In this document: positions 36,578-46,213 of the stretch, in pieces
Position numbering within the stretch: position 1 is the stretch's first letter
How the letters are laid out: each line of letters opens with the position of its first letter
Origin: Minisyncoccota bacterium
Lineage (GTDB): Bacteria > Patescibacteriota > Minisyncoccia > Phycocordibacterales > UBA9973
Direction: 5' to 3'
Length of the DNA: 64,000 nt
Assembly (NCBI GenBank): GCA_041664465.1
Contig: JBAYKP010000004.1
Span: forward strand, 6,876-70,875
Notes under the pieces: model-generated
Told to the model about the DNA's origin: nothing
Database searches by the model: none
The model's input: only the letters and a program-made list of their open reading frames with translations
Translations under genes and position numbers: made by a program

Positions 36578-38854
36578 ATGGAAAATGAAATTCCACACAA
36601 TCGTGACATCACTTATTTTGGTAAGACGAACTTTCGTAGTAGCAATACTATTTTCGGTATAAAAAGGAAAGACCGTCGTCAGCATATGTATATACTTGGT
36701 AAGTCAGGTACTGGTAAGTCTGTTCTTCTCTCTAATCTTATTTCTCAAAATATCCAAAATGGCGAAGGCGTCTGCGTCGTAGACCCTCACGGAGAAACAG
36801 TAGAAGAGATTCTCCATCTCATTCCTGATCACAGAGTTAAAGATGTTATATACTTCAATCCAGCTGATACGGACTTTCATATTGGCTTCAATGTCATTCA
36901 GCTTGATGATCCAAAGTACAAGCACTTGGTGGCTTCGGGGCTTATGGGGATTTTCACGAAGATTTGGGCGAATGCGTGGAGTTCAAGAATGGAATACATC
37001 CTAAACAATGCAATTCTTGCTTTGCTTGATACACCTGGTACAACGCTTCTCGGAATTCCTCGTCTTCTAGTGGACAAGGATTATCGTCAGATGATAATTG
37101 GCAATCTGAAAGATCCAGTAGTCAAAGCTTTCTGGGTCCACGAGTATGAGCAATGGCGTGAACAGTTCCGAAATGAAGCCATCGCTCCGATTCAGAACAA
37201 AGTAGGACAGTTCCTTTCTACTTCTATTATTCGTAATGTTGTCGGTCAGCCGAAATCCACTATTGATATTTTTGACATAATGAATAGTGGGAAAATTTTC
37301 CTTGTGAACGTTTCAAAGGGGCGTATCGGTGAAGACAATTCGGCTCTCCTCGGTGGTATGATTATTACCAAGATTCAGCTTGCTGCGATGGAGCGTGTAC
37401 GTATACCTGAGGACGAACGTAAAGACTTTTATTTATATGTCGATGAATTCCAGAACTTTGCTACAGATGCGTTTGCCAATATTCTTTCTGAGGCTCGCAA
37501 ATACCGTTTGAATCTTACTGTCGCCCACCAGTATACTGCTCAGCTTGAGAATAAAGATGGCTCGAAAGTTCGTGATGCTGTCTTTGGCAACGTCGGCACC
37601 ATGATCATTTTTCGTGTAGGAGGAGATGATGCTGAATTTTTAGAGAAAGAATTTGAGCCTGAATTCACAGCACTAGATTTAGTGAATTTACCGAACTATC
37701 ATATTTATATAAAGCTTATGATTGATGGAGTGACGAGTCGTCCATTCTCTGCGGTGACGTTGCCGCCACTTAAAGTTGATTTATCACTAGGAGTTAAAGA
37801 TAAAATTATAGAATCTTCTAGGAAGCTTTATACTCGTCCTCGTAAAGAAGTTGAAGATGAGATATCACGATGGAGTGGAATGCTTCAAGTGGGAGATGGT
37901 GAAGCGAAATATAAGGCTGATTGTTCAAACTGTGGAAAAGTTACGATGGTGCCTTTTGAGCCTCAGGAGGGTAGACCAGTTTACTGTAAAGAATGTATGT
38001 TTAAAATTAAGAGTGGAGAATTGAAGCCTGAGACTGGATTCATCGCTTCACGTTCATCTCGTCAAGAAGAGAAAGTTTCTACTGAACCTTTGGCTGCACT
38101 TGGTATAGAATTCGGGGTGACAGATAAGAATTTTAGAGTTTCCAAGAATCAAGAACAGACAAAAAATTCTGCCCCGATCAATATGGATACGAATCATCAC
38201 AATGGCCATATAAAATCTAATAATCTAGGAGGAAATATTAGTAACAATAATAATTATAAAAATAATTTTGTAAAACAAGAAAGGAGGCATACAGGTCCTT
38301 CTCCACTTTTGAAAGGATTATTGCAGAAAATAGGTATAAATAATGACAAAAAAGTAGATGAAGCTCCTAAAATAGAAGCCGTCGAAATTAAGAAAGAAGT
38401 ACCAGCTCCGATGTCTTTAGAATCTTTAAAAGCAAAAACAAATGAAGAAATTAAAAAGGATTTTGTAATACCAGCCAAGGAAGCATCCGAAGAAAAGAAA
38501 GCATCTTTGAAAGATTTGCTTGAAAAGACAGCAAATCATAATTTCCCAAAGGAAAGTCATTTGGAGGAAAAAGAAAAGGCTCAGGTTGCTTCGCAACCTG
38601 AGCCAGAAGTTAAAATTCCTGAGCCAGAAGTCATTTCACCAGTTCCTCAAAAAGAAGACAAGGTAGAGGCTGCTCCACAGGAAAATCTTTTTGAGAGGTC
38701 CTCGGATGAGGGAGGACAAGGTGCCAGACCATCTCAAAAAGACATTCCTGTTTCGCAACCAAAGCCCGAAACAAAATCAGATGCTGATTCTTGGCAGAAA
38801 CGTAAGATAAAGAAAGAAGTTCCAGAAGATGTGCTTCGTAAAGTATTAGAATAA
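36578..38854 (+). CDS. second type IV coupling protein-like ATPase, with CxxC-x17-CxxC domain and low-complexity tail
   Basis: GKSGTGKS, YVDEFQNF, SEARKY; CSNC-17 aa-CKEC. Confidence 0.85.
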   Translation: MENEIPHNRDITYFGKTNFRSSNTIFGIKRKDRRQHMYILGKSGTGKSVLLSNLISQNIQNGEGVCVVDPHGETVEEILHLIPDHRVKDVIYFNPADTDFHIGFNVIQLDDPKYKHLVASGLMGIFTKIWANAWSSRMEYILNNAILALLDTPGTTLLGIPRLLVDKDYRQMIIGNLKDPVVKAFWVHEYEQWREQFRNEAIAPIQNKVGQFLSTSIIRNVVGQPKSTIDIFDIMNSGKIFLVNVSKGRIGEDNSALLGGMIITKIQLAAMERVRIPEDERKDFYLYVDEFQNFATDAFANILSEARKYRLNLTVAHQYTAQLENKDGSKVRDAVFGNVGTMIIFRVGGDDAEFLEKEFEPEFTALDLVNLPNYHIYIKLMIDGVTSRPFSAVTLPPLKVDLSLGVKDKIIESSRKLYTRPRKEVEDEISRWSGMLQVGDGEAKYKADCSNCGKVTMVPFEPQEGRPVYCKECMFKIKSGELKPETGFIASRSSRQEEKVSTEPLAALGIEFGVTDKNFRVSKNQEQTKNSAPINMDTNHHNGHIKSNNLGGNISNNNNYKNNFVKQERRHTGPSPLLKGLLQKIGINNDKKVDEAPKIEAVEIKKEVPAPMSLESLKAKTNEEIKKDFVIPAKEASEEKKASLKDLLEKTANHNFPKESHLEEKEKAQVASQPEPEVKIPEPEVISPVPQKEDKVEAAPQENLFERSSDEGGQGARPSQKDIPVSQPKPETKSDADSWQKRKIKKEVPEDVLRKVLE
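38578..38604. repeat. 27-bp perfect-stem palindrome in the ATPase tail
   Basis: GGCTCAGGTTGC-TTC-GCAACCTGAGCC. Confidence 0.8.
38677..38751. repeat. 75-bp long-stem hairpin in the ATPase tail
   Basis: ACAGGAA-AA-TCTTTTTGAGA-GGTC ... GACC-A-TCTCAAAAAGA-CA-TTCCTGT. Confidence 0.75.
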
Positions 38855-38860
38855 ATTTTT

Positions 38861-40261
38861 ATGATTATCAAAAGAATAAAATATTCTATAGTCTTGCTCG
38901 TAATGTTTTTTTCTTTTGTAAATTTAGCTTGTGCTGGTCTTGAGATTACAGAGATAAATAATTCAAAAGCAACAGTCAATCGTTGGATTAAAATTTATAA
39001 TAATGACTCAAGTGAAACTCTGACGGAATGGTTTGTTATGGATGATCATCTTCCGTTATTAACTGGTGGTTTTTGGCATTCTCACGCAATTAAGGCTGAT
39101 GGTTCTTCGACATTAGCTCCTAATTCTTACGCCATAATAACAAATTATTCTAACATAGAAACTTTTAAAACTAAAAATCCAGATATTTCAGGTATGCCAT
39201 TGTTTTATGGAAGTTTAACCTTTGAAAAAGAAGGAATAGAAGGAACTATGGGTCTTAGTAAGGACAAAAAAACAATCATTGGTCAATTGTCTTATGGTGG
39301 AGCCAGCACTTCATTAAATAATGATTCCTCAGCTAATTCATCTGAAGAAAATCCAGTAGACGAAACAGTTGATCTTATCCCTGTTAACAATAAGATTCCT
39401 ATAATTTATAAGATATCCACCAAAATTATTGCTCCCAAGATAGCCACAGCTGGTATTCCTTTTAGTATAGATCACAGTACAACTGGACTCAGTAAAGAGA
39501 AAATAGTTTTTGGTAAATTTATTTGGAATTTCGGTGACGGGATGAAAAAGGAGGGAAGTACATCAGACCCATTTGAATACATTTATGATTATCCCGGGGA
39601 GTATGTTCTCACCCTTTCATATACTGATTCTATTTTTGATACGAAGCCTGATGCGACTGACAGACTTACTATCAAAGTTATTCCTTCAGGAGTGGTCATA
39701 AGCTCTGTGGGGACTTATGCTGATCCATTTGTAGAGATAGAGAATAATTCAAGCTACGAAATGTCTCTCAATAAATGGATATTGAAAGGTAATGTTCATT
39801 CATTTTTAATTCCCGAAGGTATGGTAATCTTGCCAAATAAAAAGCTCAAACTCTCTCCACGTATTACCGGCTTTGATTTCAATGATTTGAGTTCTATTTC
39901 TATCATAGACCAATCAGGGCAAACCTTTGCAACCTATCCAAAACAAAATAAATTTTCCAAATCTTATTCATCCTATTCTACAAACGATAATTCAAATGGC
40001 AATATTGTGAAAGGGAATACTGTGGAAAGTAATAAAGTAGAAAGTCTGAAAAATAATGAAAATGTTATAAATTTAAATGACCTTGGTGCAAGTGCCGGCA
40101 ATGCTGATAATGGATTAAGTAATAAAACACTCATATATTTGGGTCTCATTGGCATTATCATAATAGGTATTGCCAGTGTAGTCCTCATCCGTCGCAAGGT
40201 AGACTATCCAGACTATGTGGAAAAGGAAATCAGTGCAAAAGATATGACGATAATAGAGTAG
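38861..40261 (+). CDS. secreted, C-terminally anchored protein with lamin-tail-like and PKD domains
   Basis: Signal peptide, ITEI...WIKIYN, WNFGDG...YDYPGEY, C-terminal TM. Confidence 0.75.
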   Translation: MIIKRIKYSIVLLVMFFSFVNLACAGLEITEINNSKATVNRWIKIYNNDSSETLTEWFVMDDHLPLLTGGFWHSHAIKADGSSTLAPNSYAIITNYSNIETFKTKNPDISGMPLFYGSLTFEKEGIEGTMGLSKDKKTIIGQLSYGGASTSLNNDSSANSSEENPVDETVDLIPVNNKIPIIYKISTKIIAPKIATAGIPFSIDHSTTGLSKEKIVFGKFIWNFGDGMKKEGSTSDPFEYIYDYPGEYVLTLSYTDSIFDTKPDATDRLTIKVIPSGVVISSVGTYADPFVEIENNSSYEMSLNKWILKGNVHSFLIPEGMVILPNKKLKLSPRITGFDFNDLSSISIIDQSGQTFATYPKQNKFSKSYSSYSTNDNSNGNIVKGNTVESNKVESLKNNENVINLNDLGASAGNADNGLSNKTLIYLGLIGIIIIGIASVVLIRRKVDYPDYVEKEISAKDMTIIE

Positions 40262-40278
40262 TTAGTCACAAGTCGTCA

Positions 40279-40299
40279 GCCACAAGTCGGACTTGTGGC
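40279..40299. repeat. 21-bp palindrome (GTCGGAC-core family)
   Basis: GCCACAAGTC-G-GACTTGTGGC, preceded by a partial copy CACAAGTCG. Confidence 0.75.
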
Positions 40300-40394
40300 A
40301 GAAATTATTTTGTAACACTTGCAAACGGCCGTTGCTAAGTGTTGCAAAGTTAAAAACTTGGTTTTAAGTATATTTTATTGTATTATTTAAATAT

Positions 40395-42065
40395 ATGAAA
40401 AATGAGGCTAAGACCTGCCAAAATTGCAAGAAAGACTTCATTATAGAGGCTGACGATTTTTCTTTCTATGAGAAGATCAAAGTCCCAGCACCGACTTGGT
40501 GCCCAGAGTGTAGACAGCAACGCCGATATGCATGGAGAAATGAAAGGACTCTATACAGAAGAAATTGTGATTTGTGTGGTAAGAGTACCGTGACTATTTA
40601 TTCTCCTAATAAAGATTTGAAAGTTTATTGCTTAAAATGCTGGTGGGGAGATGGTTGGGATCCTGCCAATTATGGCAAAGATTTTGATTTTTCAAGACCT
40701 TTTTTTGAGCAGTTCCATGAATTTCAAAAGGAAGTTCCTAGAATGGCACTTTTAAGTAAAAATAGTATCAATTCCGACTATACAAATCATTCAGGAGATA
40801 ATAAGAATACTTATCTATCTTTCTGTTGTTTTAATACGGAAGATGTTTTTTACTCAACATGGATATTTAAGTCAAGAAATTGTATGGATTCTAGTTATAT
40901 TTATGATAGTGGAGAAAGATTGTATGAATCTATTGATTCTCGTAAGGCATATCATTGTCAATATGGAATTCTTTTAGAAAATTGCGTTGATTGTTTATAT
41001 TGTTATGATTGTCATAATTGCAATGATTGTTTTATGTCTTCAAATTTGAGGAACAAAAGTAATGTATTTAAAAATGAACAATATTCTCGTGAAGCATATT
41101 TAGAAAAATTAAAAGAATATAATTTGAGTTCATATTTAGATCGTGAAAAATTATATAAGGAATTCCTAGATTTGATGGTTAATAATTCTATCCATCGTTA
41201 TGTGATAAGTGAACGTAATGTCAATTCTACTGGAAATCTAATATTTAATAGCAAAAATGCGATTAATTGTTTTGACGCTGAAACATTAGAAGATGTAAAA
41301 AGATCTTACGCAGTTCTTGACATGAAGGACTCTATAGATATATATCACGCTGGAACAAAATCAGAACTTTGTTATGAATGCCATGGTTGCACTCGTATTT
41401 ATAATGTAAAATTTTCACATCTTTGTTATGACAATAGAGATATCTCGTACTGTGACTCATGCCAAAACTCTCAAAATCTTTTTGGGTGTATTTCTGTCAA
41501 AAAGGGTGAATATATGATTTTAAATAAAAAGTATTCAAAAGAAGAATATCTAGAATTAAAAGAAAAGATAATAGAACATATGAAGAAGGGAGGGGAGTAT
41601 GGAGAATTCTTCCCACCATCTATTTCTCCTGTTTGTTATAATGAAACTCAAGGCAATTATTATATGCCAGAAACTAGAGATGCAATCTTGGCTCGTGGTT
41701 GGCGATGGGAAGATAAAGTCCTGGGTACTTTTGGTAAAGAAACAATACAGCCTGAAGATATTCCTGACAATATAGAAGATATAGATGATTCTATTACAAA
41801 AGAGATATTGAAGTGTATAACTTGCACGAAGAATTATAATATTACCCCAGATGAATTAACTTTTTATAAAAGAGAAAATATTCCTATCCCTAAAAATTGC
41901 CCGGAATGTAGATACAAGAAGCGATTTGCCCTACGCTTACCTCGCAGACTCTGGCACAGAAGCTGTATGCACGAAGGCTGTAATAATGAATTCGAGACTA
42001 GCTATGCACCAGAAAGACCGGAGATAGTGTATTGTGAAAAGTGCTATCAGCAAGCAATTTTATAA
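40395..42065 (+). CDS. Cys-rich hypothetical protein (CPR-type, multiple CxxC), paralog 1
   Basis: CQNC, CPEC, CDLC, CLKC, central C..C repeats, C-terminal YCEKCY. Confidence 0.8.
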   Translation: MKNEAKTCQNCKKDFIIEADDFSFYEKIKVPAPTWCPECRQQRRYAWRNERTLYRRNCDLCGKSTVTIYSPNKDLKVYCLKCWWGDGWDPANYGKDFDFSRPFFEQFHEFQKEVPRMALLSKNSINSDYTNHSGDNKNTYLSFCCFNTEDVFYSTWIFKSRNCMDSSYIYDSGERLYESIDSRKAYHCQYGILLENCVDCLYCYDCHNCNDCFMSSNLRNKSNVFKNEQYSREAYLEKLKEYNLSSYLDREKLYKEFLDLMVNNSIHRYVISERNVNSTGNLIFNSKNAINCFDAETLEDVKRSYAVLDMKDSIDIYHAGTKSELCYECHGCTRIYNVKFSHLCYDNRDISYCDSCQNSQNLFGCISVKKGEYMILNKKYSKEEYLELKEKIIEHMKKGGEYGEFFPPSISPVCYNETQGNYYMPETRDAILARGWRWEDKVLGTFGKETIQPEDIPDNIEDIDDSITKEILKCITCTKNYNITPDELTFYKRENIPIPKNCPECRYKKRFALRLPRRLWHRSCMHEGCNNEFETSYAPERPEIVYCEKCYQQAIL

Positions 42066-42119
42066 ATGTAACAGATTTCTGCGATCGTCGAAAAGTGTTA
42101 TGATGAATAAATAATATAT

Positions 42120-43796
42120 ATGGAACAAAAATCAGCAACAAAGAATTGCCAGAATTGTAAGAAAGACTTCATTATAGAGCCAGATGATTTTTCATTTTAT
42201 GAGAAGATGCAGGTGCCTGTACCCAATGTTTGCCCTGATTGTCGTTTTAAAATGCGCGCTATGTGGAGAAATGAAATGACTCTTTATTCAGGTCAAAAAT
42301 GTGAAATGTGTAAGAAAAGTATTATTACTATATATAATCCAAAATCAAAATATATCAAATATTGTCATGATTGTTTTTATTCTGAGAAATGGAGCCCAAA
42401 AGATTATGCAAAATCGTACGATAAATCAAGACCATTTTTTGACCAAATGAAAGAATTATTGATAGAAGTTCCAAAAGACTGCTTAGGTATTTCTACTGGT
42501 GATGGCCAAAATATTAATAGTGAATATATTAATATGGCTTCTGGCTGTAAAAATTGTTATCTTGTTTTTAATACTAGCCCCGCTGAAGAGTTGCTTTATT
42601 CAAGAGGAATTAAAAATGGGACTTTTTCTTCAGATATTTATTTTGGAGTGAAATTTGAAAATTGCTATGACTGTGTTAGTGTCCAAGAATCAGCTAATGT
42701 TTTCTGGGGGCAAAATATTATAGGTTGTGTTAATTCATATTTTATTTTAAACGGTAGTGGTCTTACTAATTGTTTTGGATGTGTAAATTTAAGGAATAAA
42801 AGTAATTGCTGGTTTAATGAGCAACTTACTCCCGAAGAATATAAAAAAAGATTAAAAGAAGTTATGGGGAGTTATTCTAAAATTATTGAAGCTCGTAAAA
42901 AGTTTGAAGAATTTTGTTTACAGCACCCCCGCAGAGAAAATAATAATCTGAAGACTATTGATTGTGTAGGAGATTATTTAACTGAATGTAAAAATGTGGT
43001 GAATTCATTTGAGGTTGCAAAGTCTGAAGATTGTCGATATTTATTTTCATCTAAAGTGATTAAAGATTCTTTGGGGACTATAGGATTTGGAACGAATTCT
43101 GAAAGACTTTTAGAGGTTATCGCTACAGGATACTCTAGTAATGTGATAGGTTCATACTGGGCAGAAAATTCAAGCGACATAATGTATTCATTTGATCTAA
43201 GGAATTGTAATGATTGCATAGGTTGTGATGCACTTAGGAATGGTAAATATGCCATTTTTAATAAAGAGTATTCAAAGGAAGAATATGAAGAATTAAAAGC
43301 TCATATTATAAAAGAGCTTACAGAATTAGGTATACATGGGTTGATGATGCCGGTTACGATAGCTCCATTTGCTTATAATGAATCTATAGCACAAGATAAT
43401 TTTCCTTTGACCAAAGAGGAAGCCCTAGCACAAGGTTTCAGATGGGAAGATGACATACAGATGACTAAAAGCAAGGAAACCTTACAGCCAAATGAGATAG
43501 AGGATAATATAAAAGATGTGAAAGATTCTATAACGAGTGAGATATTAAAATGTATAACTTGTGAAAGAAATTATAAAATTACAGAACAAGAGCTTTTATT
43601 TTATAGAAAGATGAATTTACCAATTCCTCGTCAATGTTTCTTTTGTCGTCACCAAGATAGAATAAAAAGGCGAGGCCCATACAAATTCTGGGACCGTAAA
43701 TGTGATCATTGTGGTAAGGATATAAAGACAAATTATGCACCAGAAAGAAAAGAAATAATATACTGCGAAAAGTGTTATCAGCAAGAAGTAATTTAG
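42120..43796 (+). CDS. Cys-rich hypothetical protein, paralog 2
   Basis: Same architecture as paralog 1; shared CQNCKKDFIIE.DDFSFYEK and YAPER.EI.YCEKCYQQ. Confidence 0.8.
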   Translation: MEQKSATKNCQNCKKDFIIEPDDFSFYEKMQVPVPNVCPDCRFKMRAMWRNEMTLYSGQKCEMCKKSIITIYNPKSKYIKYCHDCFYSEKWSPKDYAKSYDKSRPFFDQMKELLIEVPKDCLGISTGDGQNINSEYINMASGCKNCYLVFNTSPAEELLYSRGIKNGTFSSDIYFGVKFENCYDCVSVQESANVFWGQNIIGCVNSYFILNGSGLTNCFGCVNLRNKSNCWFNEQLTPEEYKKRLKEVMGSYSKIIEARKKFEEFCLQHPRRENNNLKTIDCVGDYLTECKNVVNSFEVAKSEDCRYLFSSKVIKDSLGTIGFGTNSERLLEVIATGYSSNVIGSYWAENSSDIMYSFDLRNCNDCIGCDALRNGKYAIFNKEYSKEEYEELKAHIIKELTELGIHGLMMPVTIAPFAYNESIAQDNFPLTKEEALAQGFRWEDDIQMTKSKETLQPNEIEDNIKDVKDSITSEILKCITCERNYKITEQELLFYRKMNLPIPRQCFFCRHQDRIKRRGPYKFWDRKCDHCGKDIKTNYAPERKEIIYCEKCYQQEVI

Positions 43797-43808
43797 ATAA
43801 TTAAGAAA

Positions 43809-43831
43809 TGAGTAAGGCAAGACCTTACTCA
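43809..43831. repeat. 23-bp palindrome, intergenic variant of the CTAGGC family
   Basis: TGAGTAAGG-CAAGA-CCTTACTCA. Confidence 0.65.
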
Positions 43832-43852
43832 AAATAAGGATATTTTTAATAT

Positions 43853-44632
43853 ATGCAAAATAAAAAACAACAACAAAATAAGAAAGATACCTCATGGAAT
43901 AGTGTTGCGAGCTGGTATGATGAACTGCTGAAGGGGGATGATAGCTACCAGGCGAAGGTTATACTGCCGAATTTGCTTCGGGTACTTGATTTAAAGAAAG
44001 GGGAGAATATTTACGATTTGGCTTGTGGGCAGGGATACTTTGCCAATATTTTTGTTCATATGGGGGCAAATGTAGTGGCTTCTGATTTATCTAAGAATCT
44101 TATAGAGACAGCGAAAAAGAATACTAAAGAAAAAATTAATTTCTATATTTCGCCTGCGCACAAAGCACAGTTCTTGAAAGATAATACTATTGATACTATC
44201 GTAATAGTTCTAGCAATTCAGAATATTGAGAATGTTGGGGAAGTCTTTGCTGAATGTAAGAGAATACTGAAGAAAGATGGAAGAATAGTTCTAGTTCTCA
44301 ATCACCCAGCATTTAGAGTCCCGCAGGGTAGTGATTGGTATTTTGCTGAGGGAGTACAGTCTCGTATAATTAGTCAATATCTTTCTCCCTCAAAAATTTA
44401 TATTGATATGACTCCGGGGGAGAAGAATCCGAAGAGGAAGATAAAGACCATATCATTCCATCGTTCGCTTCAAGATTATATGAAAGTGTTTTCCAAGAAT
44501 GGATTTGCTATTACGCGTCTAGAAGAATGGATTTCTCACAAGCAAAGTGGCATAGGCCCTCGTCAAGTAGTTGAAGACAAAGCTCGCAAAGAAATACCAA
44601 TGTTTATGTGTATAGAAATTAAAAAGATTTAA
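43853..44632 (+). CDS. class I SAM-dependent methyltransferase
   Basis: YDLACGQG motif I; RILKKDGRIV. Confidence 0.88.
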   Translation: MQNKKQQQNKKDTSWNSVASWYDELLKGDDSYQAKVILPNLLRVLDLKKGENIYDLACGQGYFANIFVHMGANVVASDLSKNLIETAKKNTKEKINFYISPAHKAQFLKDNTIDTIVIVLAIQNIENVGEVFAECKRILKKDGRIVLVLNHPAFRVPQGSDWYFAEGVQSRIISQYLSPSKIYIDMTPGEKNPKRKIKTISFHRSLQDYMKVFSKNGFAITRLEEWISHKQSGIGPRQVVEDKARKEIPMFMCIEIKKI

Positions 44633-46144
44633 TTATTTTAATATTTTAATATCAGCACCGATGGAGTTTAATCTATCGGCGATTTCTTCGTATCCACGAT
44701 TGATCATATAGACATTGCGGAGGATTGAAGTGCCATTGGCCCCGAGCATACCGATGAGGATTATCATTGCAGGGCGGAGGGCTGGAGGGCAGACTATCTG
44801 GGCGCCTTTGAGTGGCGTCCCGCCCTCTATATAGACTCTGTGTGGATCGGCGAGAGTGATGCTAGCGCCAAGTCTATTTAATTCTGTGAAGTATATTGCA
44901 CGATTCTCATAGACCCAGTCGTGGATCATAGTCTGACCTTTGGCACGAATTGCAATAGGGACAAAGAATGGAAGATTATCCATATTAAGTCCTGGGTAAG
45001 GATTGGCGTGGATTTTATCTCCTAAGGCTTTTAATTTAGAAGGGAAGATGTGCAAGTCCACAAGATTAGTTCGTCCATTATATGATTTATAAACTTTAGA
45101 TATTTTATATTTAAGCCCCATCCTTTTTAATTTCTCTAATTCAAGAGAAAGGAAGTCAATAGGGCAGCGGGTTATTTTAAGTTCTGAGTCAGTGGCAATT
45201 GCTGCAGAGATGAACATCATAGATTCAATAGGGTCCTCACTATTGGTATATTCAATATCCATATCTATATCTTTGATTCCGTGTACTATTAGAGTAGAAG
45301 TGCCTATACCCTCTATCTTCACTCCAAGCTTTTCTAAGAAGAAGCAGATTTCTTGGACCATATAGTTGGCACTTGCGAATTTGATAGTAGTCGTACCGTT
45401 TATCCTTGCCACAGCGGTAAGAATATTCTCACAAGCTGTATCTCCAGCTTCGTACATGACAATGTTTCCTGGTTTTAATTTTTTACTTTCTATTTTGTAT
45501 TCATTGTTTGTAGTTTTAATTTTAACACCGAGGTCTTCTAGTGCATAAGTATGTGCTGATATTGTTCTTTTGCCGAGTTTGCATCCAGAAGCATGAGGAA
45601 TAGAAAATGTTGGTAAAAGGTGAATAAGCGGGCCGATAATCATTACGACAGAGCGAGTCTTCACTGCAGATTCTACATTTATTTTATCTAAGGTAAAAGT
45701 TGCTGGAGGAGTGACAATGAGAGAATTATTTGCAATCCATTTAATAGAGACGCCAATACTTTCAAGAATTTCGATGACCCTGTAGACTTCTTCGATGCGG
45801 GCGATGCCGTGGAGAGTAGTCTTGCCACGATTGAGTAGGGATGCACAGAGAAGTCCAACGGCGCCATTTTTGGAAAAGTTTGTATTGATAGTGCCATGTA
45901 GTTTTTTACCGCCAACAATTTGAAAGTCTATAGAATTATTGATAGAGACTATCTGGTGCTCTAATACTTCGCTTATTTTGCCAAGTATCTCAGTACTGAA
46001 ATTCTGCTCTCCTTTCTCCATTCGTGCAACTGCCGATTGGGAGGTCTCAAGCTCTTTCGCGAAAGCGTCTTGAGTTAGACCTCGACGTTCTCTTAATTCC
46101 TTTATAAAATAGCCTATTTTCTGTTGTTCTGTCTCTTTTTTCAT
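44633..46144 (-). CDS. murA: XRE-HTH fused UDP-N-acetylglucosamine 1-carboxyvinyltransferase
   Basis: N-terminal LRERRGLTQ...SQSAVARMEKG; SKNGA, GCKLGKR, PYPG, YENR, INRGYE. Confidence 0.92.
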   Translation of the reverse strand: MKKETEQQKIGYFIKELRERRGLTQDAFAKELETSQSAVARMEKGEQNFSTEILGKISEVLEHQIVSINNSIDFQIVGGKKLHGTINTNFSKNGAVGLLCASLLNRGKTTLHGIARIEEVYRVIEILESIGVSIKWIANNSLIVTPPATFTLDKINVESAVKTRSVVMIIGPLIHLLPTFSIPHASGCKLGKRTISAHTYALEDLGVKIKTTNNEYKIESKKLKPGNIVMYEAGDTACENILTAVARINGTTTIKFASANYMVQEICFFLEKLGVKIEGIGTSTLIVHGIKDIDMDIEYTNSEDPIESMMFISAAIATDSELKITRCPIDFLSLELEKLKRMGLKYKISKVYKSYNGRTNLVDLHIFPSKLKALGDKIHANPYPGLNMDNLPFFVPIAIRAKGQTMIHDWVYENRAIYFTELNRLGASITLADPHRVYIEGGTPLKGAQIVCPPALRPAMIILIGMLGANGTSILRNVYMINRGYEEIADRLNSIGADIKILK

Positions 46145-46213
46145 ATATTGTTTATTATTGTTAATAATTACTATTTACTATTTTATATCATATATGATAT
46201 AATTGCAAGAGTT

